Position numbers and translations under genes: made by a program. From Callorhinchus milii (taxonomy: Eukaryota), in assembly GCF_018977255.1 (NCBI RefSeq), contig NW_024704783.1, positions 310,001 to 374,000 on the forward strand: a stretch of DNA of 64,000 bases, in the 5' to 3' direction. The first letter of the stretch is position 1. The number at the start of each line of letters is the position of its first letter. The notes under the pieces are model-generated. The model saw only the letters and a program-made list of their open reading frames with translations. It had not been told where the DNA came from and searched no databases. This document shows positions 9,620 to 21,190 of this stretch, piece by piece.

Positions 9620-9720
9620 CAGATGACCTCAGGTAGCAGTGACCGCTATTTAATAAGATCTAGTGGGGCAGGTGTATGAGAATCGACCAATAGCTCCAGG
9701 ACTGAGGAGAATCACGTGTT
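9620..9720 (-). promoter_or_regulatory. Putative V promoter
   Basis: On the minus strand, 70-165 nt upstream of the leader ATG, in order: CACGTG, ATTGG (CCAAT box), CACCTG, TATTAAATA, TGAGGTCA, CATCTG. No perfect octamer. Confidence 0.45.
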
Positions 9721-12279
9721 TTATTCCCTCTGACCTGCACAGATCAATAATTGATGATTTACATTCGGAATTTGCAGCAAATTATTTTTAACGTAAGTCT
9801 CAATAGTACCAGCCTATTGCTGACCTGGAAGCATCATGAGCTGCTTCATTCAATGTGGTTGCATGTTGGGGAAGGGGATTGGGTGGGGGGCGGCGAATTA
9901 AAGAAATTCCTCGAAAACATTGTTTCAGGTAGCGAGTGGCAAATGTATGGAACAGGCTCCCTGGAAAAATGGTGGGAGTAGAAATTATCAATTATTTTGA
10001 AACCAAATTCGGTGGATACAGTTAGTGCATAGTGTCTGGTGACAAAGTATGACATTTGGGACATCACACATACATGCGACTGACTGGGTGGACGAAGGTG
10101 AAACGGATATACCTTGGTCTTTACCCATCTAAAAATTACGATGTTCTTATTTTTGTAATAATTATAATAATATTTATAATAATTTATAAATTTGATGCAG
10201 TGCAGTGCCTTATTAGGTCATTGAAACGTCGCAAAGCTCTTCACGGAATATAATGCGAAGTGGAGTGACTGGGCATTTGGTGGCCAAAAAATTATAATGT
10301 AACCTTAAGAGGAATTCAGAAGAACGGGCACTATCTACAATCAGAGCTCGGCCATGTAGAAGTGAAAAGGATAAAATAGGACTGGAAATTTGGAACTCTC
10401 TCCCCAAAAAGACTGTGGTTGTTGTACGCAGTCATCTTTCCAAGATTCAGGTCCATAGATATTTGTTAGGTCAGGATATTAAATCACTCGTGGCAAAGGA
10501 AGGCATATAGACTTGATGTACATATCGGCTGTGATCTTGTAAAGTGTCAATGCTTTTTTATCTTCCTACAACTATTTCCTCTCTTCTCTATTACTTTAGG
10601 CGATGTCTCTTTTGGTGTCTGCCCACAATGTGTAGAATTGTTCTGATGGAAAACACCTACAGATTCAACTATCAGCACACTTCCAGTGGTATTCCTTTCA
10701 ACCTTCAGTCCCTGTATTTACTGAAATCGCAAGCTTGATTGGTCATGGAATAGTTTAATAACTTGGAACGGTTTGATGGTGTGGCTCATACTTTCAAGTC
10801 AAGCATGAAACGATCATTTGGGGAATGAAACCGGTTGACGAGGGCTGCTTGTGTAATCAGTGTCCCGTGAAATGTAAGGACAGTCAGACTCCTTCAGGAC
10901 AAGCAGGGAAGAAACTGAAGAAGAAAACTGAAAAAGAAATTAAATGTGACTTGAAGCTTCAATTAGAAATGAAATCAGAGACGCATTCCTCCAACTCAAG
11001 TTTCTTTACTCCGCACACCAGTTTACCCAGAAGTGAGGAGGATCCCAATTTTGCGTCGATTGGCTGATCACTCTTCTGGTGTTGGGGGGATCCTAAACTC
11101 CTGAAAAAAAAGTGTAATCAGTTGGTCACTGAATCCACAATTCTTTGGTCGACACTGCAATTTGCAATTGGCTGCCGCTTTTCGCCCACAAAATATACAG
11201 TCAGTTCACCTTATATTATTTTCTGTGAAGCATTTTGAGGCATCTCGAATGCGTGATATAGTTCTTCATCAAATGCAACGATTATTAACTCCTGAATCCC
11301 TTCAGATGACAGTAACTGCGAGGAGACTGAGACAGGGATTCTCATTAGAAACTTTGCGTTGTGCTCCCTGACTGTCTGGGAGTATATGTGTCTGAAGTTG
11401 TAGCCTCCTTTGTTGGTGGAGCAGATTGCATTTTTTTGGTTTGTAATTCTCTCTAATCCATTGCACGGTCACACAGTCAACCGCAGCTCAGCAAGAAAAT
11501 TCCAGCTATAAATCTGATCAAAGAGCAAAGGCTGTGGATTCGTTTCTCAGTGATTACACAAATTCACCTCAAGCGGGGACATGTTTTGGATTCCCGGGCA
11601 AGGCAAAACGTGGTGCACGTTTCCTTATTCCAAGCTCATGGCTCTGTTTACCTAGCAGTAAGCAGAAAACCGGTTCTAAGTCGATTGGCGGATTGCTTTT
11701 CCGAGGACAATAATCCCTTACAATAAAATAATAATGCACTGTATCTGGTCACTGTGAAATGAGCCATAAGGCTTTCCTACACCAAACTTGTCAAAACACA
11801 ATCGACATTCTCACACGTCAGAAAATATAGCCCCGTATCAGTTATCTGAAACGTCACTGAGGACTTCACAGAATATTTTGTACAGTGTACTGATTGTATA
11901 TTTTGTGGACGTAAGGTGGCAACCAATTCCATTAGCTTTTATCAATTTCATTTATAATTGTTATTCAAGAATTTTTCTCATGAGTTTTATTTGCTGAATG
12001 TGAGGACTATCCTCGTGAATATCACTCGGTAATGTGTCTGAAAAGAAAGTGCCGTACATCACAGATGTTGAATGCAGCCAAATGTACTAATAATTTGAAA
12101 GTTTTAACTATTTGATACATTTGAAAAAGCACATTGAATTATTTCCGATAAAATGTTTGTCTATTCTCGTGCGTTTTTGCTTTATTGACAGTTTCTCCCG
12201 CAAAGCATTTAATATTATTTAATATTGTAATCAAGGTGATGCAGTTCATACACGCCTCATACCCCCCCATATTCTCTCC

Positions 12280-13075
12280 ACTCACAAACCCTTCAAACAC
12301 ACACTACATAGAACGACACAACACACACACGACACAACTCTCACACACATTCTCACAGACGCGACACATCTCTCGCACACTCAGTCAACCATCTCAGAAA
12401 CAAAACACACCATCAAACAAACATATTCACATACACTCACACACCTTTCAGAAACATATTGAAACCAACCCTCACATACCTTCAAACCCCCATCCACACA
12501 GACATACCTCACAGGCATACCTCAACTTTGGCTCCGGAATTTGGTCTGGAACTCCCTTTCTCACTCTCTTCGCATCGCCCTCTCTCTTCTTACTTTCAGG
12601 TCTCGGCTAAAGAGTTTCCTTTTGACCGCGCCTTTCGTCACCTTCTTCTCCCTCTTCCTTGCTCAGTCGCTGGATCCATTATTGTTAAGCGCTCTGAGAC
12701 GCCGTCCGGCGTGGAAGGCGCTACATAAATCCAACTTATTGTTGTTGAACATTATTCACATGCAAATCCTCACACACTTATACGTGAACTTTCAAACACA
12801 CACCATCTCATACTCACCATTACGCACGCACCTGTCACACACAATCTCACACACATTCTCGAACACACACCTCTCACGCATACCAGTTTCACCCACTCCA
12901 CTCACACACACACAAGCAGCTCTCACACACACACACAGACACAACTTACACACATCCTCGCTTCCACACTTTCACACATGTCAAACACATACGCACCTTC
13001 ACCCATGCACACACATACACAAATCTTCACACACAGACTCAAAATATACCCTCACATACAATGTCATACTCAATC
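12280..13075. repeat. CA-rich low-complexity tract hosting an L2 fragment
   Basis: Degenerate (CA)n on both sides of the L2 piece at 12520-12746. Confidence 0.85.
12520..12746 (+). mobile_element. L2 LINE 3' end
   Basis: ggaactccct...aggtctcggctaaagagtttccttttgaccgcgcctt...ggaaggcgctacataaat followed by a (GTT) tail. Confidence 0.85.
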
Positions 13076-13785
13076 AACAACAACAACAACAAGATTCCAT
13101 TTATAAAGCGCCTTTCACGTCAGGAGGACGTCCCCAGGCGCTGCACAGTTGGGTCAGGACCGGAGCATTGGGGAAATGGTCAGCGTGAGGGGAGGGAAGG
13201 CAGGGAACGAGGAGGGGGAAATGGTCAGTGTGAGTGCAGGGAAGGGAGGGAGCCGGGAGGGGGAAGAGCGTCGAGAGGGGAGCTGAAGGCAGGGTCAGAT
13301 AGAAAGGTTTTGAGACCGGTCTTGAAGGAGGAGAGGGAGGAAGCAAGGCAAAGGCACTGGGCGATGGAGTTCCAGAGCCTGGGGGCTGAGAGGCTGAAGG
13401 CCCGACCACCGATGGTAGGGCGATTGGGGCGGGGGACGTGGAGTAGACCGGAGCCGGAGGAACGGAGTGTACGGGCAGGTAGATAGGGGAATAGTAGGTC
13501 AGAGAGGTAGGAGGGAGTAAGTTCGTGGATGGCCTTATAGGTGAGGATGAGCATCTTGAAATCAACCCTCTGGGGGATGGGGAGCCAGTGGAGGCGAGCG
13601 AGGGTGGGAGTGATGTGGTCCCGAAGCCTGGTGCGGGACAGTACACGAGCTGCAGAGTTCTGATTGACCTGCAGCTTGTGGAGGGAGGTGGCGGGAAGGC
13701 CGGCGATGAGAGAGTTCCCATAGTCCAGCCTTGAGGTGACAAAGGTGTGGACCAGGGTTTCAGAAGCGTGAGGGATGAGGTAGTG
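13075..13785 (-). mobile_element. L2 LINE 3' portion (RT C-terminus)
   Basis: ETLVHTFVTSRLDYGNS...LQVNQNSAAR...HITPTLARLHWLPIPQRVDFK...GGRAFSLSAPRLWNS, with a (CAA)n tail on the plus strand at 13075. Confidence 0.95.
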
Positions 13786-13984
13786 ATCACTCTCACACAC
13801 GCAACATCACCCAAGCCCTCACGTACACCCACACTATTAAACACACACTTCAAACACACACTGCCAGACACACACACCTTCGCTCACACACTTCTCAGAC
13901 GCGTATCCTCACACCCACTCACACACAAGCGTCTGACGCGCACACCATCACGCACACGCTCACAAACAACTTACTACTAATCTT

Positions 13985-14105
13985 AATAATAATAATAATA
14001 ATAATCCTTGCATTTGATATAGCGCTTTTCACGTCAGGATGACGTCCCAAAGCGCTTCACAGAATACACTGTAAAGTGAATTGACTGTATATTTGTGGGC
14101 GAACC
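13985..14105 (-). mobile_element. SINE 3' fragment
   Basis: (AAT)n followed by ccttgcatttgatatagcgcttttcacgtcaggatgacgtcccaaagcgcttcacag. Confidence 0.85.
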
Positions 14106-14659
14106 CGAATCTTCAACCCGTACGTTGAAAAATGTTTCATCAAAGTGAAAGCATCAGTGCCTGGTCAGTTCATATATCATTACAATCTTTTCTTCTTTGA
14201 TAAAACGGCAGCAAAATTCTTGTATCAGACGGAAAGCCTCTTGCTTCAGACCAGAAACCTCTCAATTCGATACGCTTAAGACGAAATCAAAGGAGAATCT
14301 TCGATGATGGACAGCTGAGCTCTGTACTTTACTTTGCAGTTGGTTTACTTAATTATTCATCTCGTCCTTTGGATTTCCAAAAGATTTCGGCCATCCAGTT
14401 GCTTAAGTTAGCTCTCCATCTTCCTGAAATCAATGGAAACAACTCAAGTTGATGAATCGATGGATCATTCTAATTGTTCGAATTTTAATCCCGAATGTAA
14501 CACTCTTCGCTTCGCATCGTCACATCAAAGTTGGTTGTGTAGCTTTCTCCTGACATATTATATCATTGGCGACACCAAATATAGTTCAGCCATACAGCGT
14601 TTATCATTTATTTATCACAGTAAGGATGGGAATGTAGAATTTTTCCACTCTCATGCCCA

Positions 14660-15750
14660 TAGATTCATAGAATCATAGAATCGTAAAGCAGAAAAATAGG
14701 ACATTCAGCCTATCGAGTCTGTGCCAGCACTTTGTAAGGAGCCATGTAAATTCCATCACTCTCCCCAGCCCTTTTCACGTATCCCTGCTAACCAGTCCAC
14801 CTCAAATACCCTTCAACCGTGTTTTTAAAAGTTGTTATCGAATCGGCCACCACCGCGCTTTCAGGCAATGCTTCCCAGATTGGAACAACACGCTGCGTGA
14901 AAAAATCGCTTCTCCCCTACCCTCTGCTTCTTTTGGAAATTATTTTAAATCTGTGAACTCGATTCACCGACACACCCACAAGTCGAAACAGTTTCTCCCT
15001 TTCTAACCTATCGAATACCCTCATGATTTTGAAGACCTCTATTAGGTCACCTCGTATACATTTCTGCTCCAATGAGAATAATCCCAGCCTATCTAGCCTT
15101 TTCTCATAAGTTAGATTCCTCATTCCTGGTACCATTCTTGTAAATCTCCACCGCATCCTATCAAATGCCTTAACATCCTTCCTGAAGTGTCGTGCCCAGA
15201 ACTGGGCGCAGTATTCTAACTGAAGCCGAACCCGTGTTTTATCTCGCCGACCTGCCAACTGCAATGATTAATTTACCTGCACCCCCAGGTCTCTCTGTTC
15301 TTTTACACCCCCTTAGGATTGTACACGTAGTTGCATTGCCTCCCCTCATTCTTTCTACCAAAAGGCATAACGTCGCATTTCTCCACATTGCAATTAATCT
15401 GCCATTTTCCCATTTTGTCTATGTCTTCCGGCAGTTGGCGAATATGCTTCTCACTCTTTATCACTAACTTTTTCGTTCGCAAATTTGGAAAATGTACTTG
15501 CTATGCACAAATACATTGATGTATACTCAGATGTGCAGTGGTCTTAATACCGATGCCTGGAAGACGCCACTCTCCACCTGCATCCATTGGGAAAAGCAGC
15601 CGTCCCCCACAACCCTCTGCTTTTTCTCCCAGCCAGTACTGTATCCGTGCTGCCACTGTCCATTTTTTGCATTGGGCTTCTATCTTTCTCACAAGCCTTT
15701 CATATGGCAAGTTGTCCATATTTATATTGAGCAATTTCTTTAAAGAAATG
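14660..15750 (-). mobile_element. CR1 LINE 3' portion
   Basis: VRLQLEYCAQFWARHFRKDV...LGLFSLEQ..IRGDLIEVFKIM, with (CATAGAAT)n at about 14660-14680, the reverse complement of the CR1 ATTCTRTG tail. Confidence 0.92.
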
Positions 15751-17775
15751 ACAAAAAATATAATCTGAAAAATTTATATTACAGCGGTAGAATTATTATT
15801 GATTTAGAAGAACACGGACTGTTGCAAATTTTGAGTAATTAAAAAAACATATTAAACACAAACTCATGACAGCGCGGGGAGGAGCCTGGGCATACATTCT
15901 CAGGTGGTATAAAGCTCGAGGCGGCAGGGAGTTTTGCTCGGGGGGGGGGGGGGGGGGGGGGGGGGTAGGTGGGGGGAGGGGTGGTCCGATTTAGGAATAT
16001 GCGCGCGCAAAAAAGAGAAACAAATCCTCGGCGCCAAGTGGATTAGAAGGGAAAGTTTGAGAGAGGAGAAGTCTGAGGTGGTGGAGCAAGAGTGTTTGAA
16101 GTGGAGATTGAAGTCACATTGGAAGATGAGGCGTTCGGAGCAGAGGCAGACGGAAGTGACGACCTGGAGATGAGGGCCACCCCCCCTCACGACGGTTGGT
16201 GCGTGTGGCATGGCCGCAGGTGAAGCCGACTTGCGTGCCATCAGTGAGGGGGGTGGTGTCACCTGGGGTAATTCATCTTTCGCTGAGGGCCATAATGTCA
16301 ACCTTCTTCAGTGTCGAATGAAGAAACTATACTTCACTGAGAGCCGCTCAGATACAATCAAATATTTCAAAGGAAGACTCACAAATATTTAAGTGATGGA
16401 AGAAGGCCATTCAACCCAATGTGTCTGTATCACCCGCCGTCAAGAACAATCATCTCAATCTACATTGTCTCGCCTTTCCCTACACTGTGACTCTTGTAGG
16501 TCACTCCCACTCCCTCAAATCTCAGGTATGTTTCACTGAAAGCTCGTGGATTCAAACCATCCTCATGGTCCAAAACCAGATCTTGTTGGGGCACAAGAAA
16601 CCATATCAGCTGCTACGCTGACGTCAGCAAAATTGTTCTTCTTCTCATTGATCATCCTTGAGGAAAAAGAAAACCCAGGTTCCTATTTTCCATTACCAGC
16701 CACCTGCTTCACAAATCTTCCCATGCCCCACAGTCCTCTATCCCAATTCCAAATATGAGATGTCGGTATTCCTTGGCTCCAAGACAGGAATCATACACTC
16801 TACGTCGACAGACTCCACAGCCACCACCAACCCAATCCTTCACTTTTTCTCTACTGATTCTACTGATTTACTTATTAACAGCTTTGTGAGCCTCGCGAAC
16901 TCCTTCAAAACTGCATCCTCCTGGGGAGCAGCAAAAGAACTCACGAGAATCCACATCCTGTAAATTGAAGGTCTTATCCCCAAACCGCCTGTTCTTTCCT
17001 TTGGTGCAAGTCATTTGTTTCCAGGTTTGCTCTTTCTTTTCCCCGCAGTGCCTAACTCTCATTAACAGCATTAAACTGAGACAATTACCAATGACATTGA
17101 CTCCGTATGTGACACCGGTGTTCCAAACCTTCATATTGAAGGGAACTGTTCCAACTCAACACTATCGAACATTCACTTAAAATGTAATTCTTCAAAATAT
17201 TTGTCGTTCAGTTACCTTCTCTGCCGCGTGTCCTCTTATGTCCAGCTTTTTCGTTCTGCCCTATCGTAGGTTTCACTCTCTTTACCTCTTTGTCTGCCCG
17301 CCATTCCAGGGACACTGGTGTTCCAACCGTTTGCATTTCAGACACCAAATCGTGGATGAATTCCCAACTGTCCTTTAACCCCATAGTCGTGCTTTGAAGA
17401 ACTCATTTCTCCCCCATCTCCGAAATATTGGTCCTGTACATCTCTACTTTTCCCCTGGAGCTGACCAGAAATTTAGGATTAGTGGCTAGATAAGCTAGGA
17501 TTATTCTACTTGGAGCAGAGGCTGTTAATAAGAGACTGATCAGAAGTTTTCCAATTGATCAGTGTATTCGATAGGCTGCAAAACGAACAAATATTTCTGA
17601 TGACGGGTTAGTCGGTATCAAGAGGACAACGATTTAAAATATTTGCTGAAAAAATAGAGGGTCAAACGGAGGACAATGGCAATCGTTGCAAAATAATGTG
17701 ATTGTTCAAGTTTGTTATTTTCTACACTATCCTGTAGTTTGAAAGAATGGGGGAAAATACAAAGGAAAATCAAAT

Positions 17776-17860
17776 TGACAACGGTGGGATTCGAACCCAC
17801 GACTCCGAGGAGAAGACTGGAAACTTAATCCAGCGCCTTAGACCGCTCGGCCACGCTACC
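17776..17860 (-). tRNA. tRNA-Leu: tRNA-Leu(AAG), mildly diverged
   Basis: GGTAGCGTGGCCGAGCGGTCTAAGGCGCTGGATTAAG...GGGTTCGAATCCCACCGTTGTCA. Two extra G-T pairs in the acceptor stem and a 3-nt longer variable arm. TTTT downstream. Confidence 0.8.
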
Positions 17861-19213
17861 ACATCTGAAAATCTATCTCCCTTCTTTCTCTCCTGCAATT
17901 GAGCAAATTCATTACTTTGACGATATCCCTTCAGTGACACCAACAGTGTTCACCTTCAATTACAACACAACAGCCTGTGGAAATCCTCCTAGGCATCTCC
18001 AGCGTGATTCCTTCTAAATCTATCTTCACTTTCCACTGTAAAACCTAATGGTCCTCTTCTCCTGTCCTCGCCTCCACTTCTATCCTGTACCTAGACGTCT
18101 ATCCCTCCCACTCTATTATCCTGTGTGAAATGAGAGCTGGTTTTCCTGAAAAACAGAAAGATTGGCCACAGATTTACTGTGACTGGTAAACTCTAAACTG
18201 ACCATCTTTGAAACAGGAGATTATATTAATTGCAATCAATGGTTTGATCATCATACTCTTTCACTTTATTGGATTCTGTTCGCTGATGTTTCGACAACTT
18301 AAGATCAAACGGAACCAACTATAATAAATTTTTATGTCACATCTTCTGCTTCAAAACTACAGGTACAACAGAATTCAATTGAGCCGCAGGAATTAAGTCT
18401 TATCGTTTTTGTAGCCTGAAATCTTCACTTTCTTTGCAAACTGGAACTTATTTTCATAGTAACAATCTTTTATCTGCTTCAGTCGCTGCAATTGAAACAG
18501 TGAATGATCATCAACACCGAAGAATCATTTTTGAAAAATAAAAGTGAAATAGATGTTTCAACGACGTTTCGAAGCTGCGACATTTCACGTTTCAGGCAAA
18601 CGTGATATCCGCTAAAATACTGAAAATTCAGGAACTTAATGAATTTCGGAAAAACGGATAAAAATCAGATGCTGCTCCACCTTTCGGATCTTTTCCAAAA
18701 CTCCTGATATTGCTGGATTGGTCTACAATAACAACAACAACAACAACAAGATTCCATTTATAGAGCGCCTTTCACTTCGGGAGGACGTCCCAAGACACTG
18801 ATCAAGTCACTCATAATAAGTGACAATTGGAAACTCCCGAATGCAGGTTGAAGAAACGAAGTAAAAAGTCCTGGAAATACAAATACACATCCAGCCAAAC
18901 GGTAGAAACACAAGGGCACGTAGCCAGGAAACAAGTGACTGATGCGCTGCAACATTTTCAATATGAAGACCATTTAACCAAACAAATGTTTAGTTTCTGA
19001 CCATTCATTTGAAATGCAGTGCTGCAAGCCAGTGAGTAAATGCATTTCCCCAAACAGTTTTCTTGGAATATCGCCTGAATAAAGCTTGAAATTATTGATG
19101 AGTTTTCAAGACTTAGTGCTCACTAAGTCATCAGTGGTCGACAGACTGTCTGAGTATGGACTCGGGTCTCCGTCGTGGCAGTAGAAGTTTGATCATAAGT
19201 AATGAGAAATGTT

Positions 19214-19299
19214 GGTAGATGCGGTTTGCGAATGGTCTAAGGCGCTGGATTTAGACACCAGTTACTTTGGGGAAGTCGGTTGGAAACCCAAACCTACCA
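19214..19299 (+). pseudogene. tRNA-Leu(TAG)-like pseudogene
   Basis: ggtag...tggtctaaggcgctggatttagacaccag...ggttggaaaccc...cctacca, with D and T arms damaged. Confidence 0.7.
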
Positions 19300-19647
19300 A
19301 ACACTTATGGCGTTGTTCATCTTGTACAACGACCATGTCAGATGTGTATTGTGAACAGCAACAGCATGTGTGCATATTGGTATCAAGATCCAATCAATAA
19401 TCAGCAGCCAGCGTTTGTGTCGGTGAAGCAATCCCCTGACAACGTGATAGAGTGGATGGCGATTGATCACCCTCAGACCAGACTAAGTTAGCTGCACACT
19501 TCCAGCTTCACATTTCTGAGCTGGCTGATTCACTGAGGTGATACCCAACCGTTTTCTTCCTTTAGTTTTGACTCAAAACCCCCTATTTGAGGCCTGGGGA
19601 TTGTTTATTTGTTATTGTGTCAGATGCACTTTTCCTCCACAAAAAAA

Positions 19648-19715
19648 AGCATTGGTACGGAATCGAACCCGGGTTTCCCACGTGGGAGAGCATTCTGCCA
19701 TTGAACCACCAATGC
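19648..19715 (-). pseudogene. tRNA-Gly(CCC)-like pseudogene
   Basis: GCATTGGTGGTTCAATGGCAGAATGCTC---TCCCACGTGGGAAACCCGGGTTCGATTCCGTACCAATGC, with a 3-nt deletion in the anticodon stem. Followed by T8. Confidence 0.75.
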
Positions 19716-20464
19716 GTTTGTAAGAAAACATATTTTGATCAGGATGTAAGTGTCACACAATATATGATAAAAACTGCGAGCTATTTTGGATGAATATTGC
19801 AGAGTCAACCAACTAACACGGCCAACTTGCCTCCCTCATCCTCTCTCCACGTTAACTCTCTCCCTGTTCCTTGCACAAGGAAGGCCTTGATGAGCGACTT
19901 GAAGATGGATAGGAAGGGGACAAGTTGGAGGGATTGTGGCAGTGAGTTCCAGAATTTCCCGTCTTACCTTCGGTGTCCGAGCTTTCAACTTTTCTGTCCC
20001 GACAATCTGGTACTCCATCCCACAGTCCCGTCACCTCGCTTCCTCCCTTGCCTCCTTCAAGGCTGTTGATTGATTTAGACGTGAGGTTTCAAACGAGGCG
20101 TCTCTGGGCCAAGCCCAAACGATGGCCAGTCACTACATAACTGTTTGATGCACTTGGTTGTGTGGAGAATGGCTGTACCAAAACTCTGCAGTCACGACAC
20201 TATACAGAAATATGCAGAGCATTGAAACGTTACAGGATCTGTATCAATTAGATGGATTGTAGTATTATTCCCGTTTCTCAGACCAGTAATATCAATGGGT
20301 CTTACAGTCGTCAACAAAGTAATAAGAGGAGAAGATTGTGGCTTTTGCACACGGGTTCCTCATGGTTTCCTGGGATCACAGTCACTATCAACTGATTTCA
20401 CAAGAAGAGACTAAAGGAGAGGAATTGACATACAAGTCACTGGGAGCCGCTGCACACTCACACT

Positions 20465-20475
20465 GAAACTGAAAC
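20465..20475 (+). promoter_or_regulatory. ISRE-like motif upstream of the TRIM RING exon
   Basis: GAAACTGAAAC fits GAAANNGAAA and lies about 30-40 nt before the MASR start codon. Confidence 0.4.
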
Positions 20476-20506
20476 CAATTACAATCAGAAAATGGTGAAG
20501 GTGAAA

Positions 20507-20782
20507 ATGGCTTCAAGACTCCAGGCTGAGAGCTGTGTTGAGAAGATCATTTGTCCGATTTGTCTGGATTTCTTCACTGTTGTATTCAGCCGTCAGTGCG
20601 GCCACAACTTCTGTCGCCACTGTATTGCCCGGTGCTGGGAAAATCAGGAAAGAAACCCCTGTGCTGTTTGTCAGGAGATTTTTCTAGAAAGGAAACTTTG
20701 GTTTAATCGTACACTGGCAAGTCTGGCAGAGAAAGCACCAGAAATCAGTTTGGAGACTGGGCACGACAGATATTGGAGTTAA
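20507..20782 (+). pseudogene. TRIM-family RING (C3HC4) coding fragment, truncated
   Basis: MASRLQAESCVEKIICPICLDFF...CGHNFCRHCIARCWENQERNPCAVCQEIF...NRTLASLAEKA, then stop. No B-box, coiled-coil or B30.2 sequence found downstream. Confidence 0.85.
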
Positions 20783-20809
20783 ATGTCACTGTGGAAAACA
20801 CCGGGAAGA

Positions 20810-21190
20810 ACTGTGTGTGTTTTTGTTTATGTCGGTGATAATTTATGTGTGTTTCTTTGTGTCCGTCTGTATGTGTCTGTGTGTGTGTGTTTTAATGTGC
20901 GTGTGTCTCTCCGTGCGTGTTTGTACCTGTATGTTTGGGCGTGTCTCTTCATCCAGGTGCGTGTCTGTGTGCGTGTGAGTCTATGCGTGTCTTTCTGTGT
21001 TAGTCTGCGTATGGCTGTGTGTCTGCGTTATTGTGTCTGTTTGTGCCTGTGTATATGTACATCTGTGTGTGTGTGGTCTCTCTCTGTGTGTGTGATTCTG
21101 TGTTTATCCATGTGTGTCTCTGCGGATGTGCCTTTGTTTGTGTGTGTGTGTCTGTTTGTGTTTGTATCTGTGTAAGTATGTGTGTGTGTG
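20810..21190. repeat. TG/TC-rich low-complexity tract
   Basis: Degenerate (TG)n. Confidence 0.9.

Noticed and set aside
12185-13877. ORFs of 141-258 aa
   Set aside because: They are L2 fragments read in various frames plus CA-rich repeat.
15937-15965. Poly-G run and G-rich tract, also at 57890-58066 (G-quadruplex potential)
   Set aside because: They are adjacent to retroelement ends and prone to sequencing artefact, with no functional evidence.
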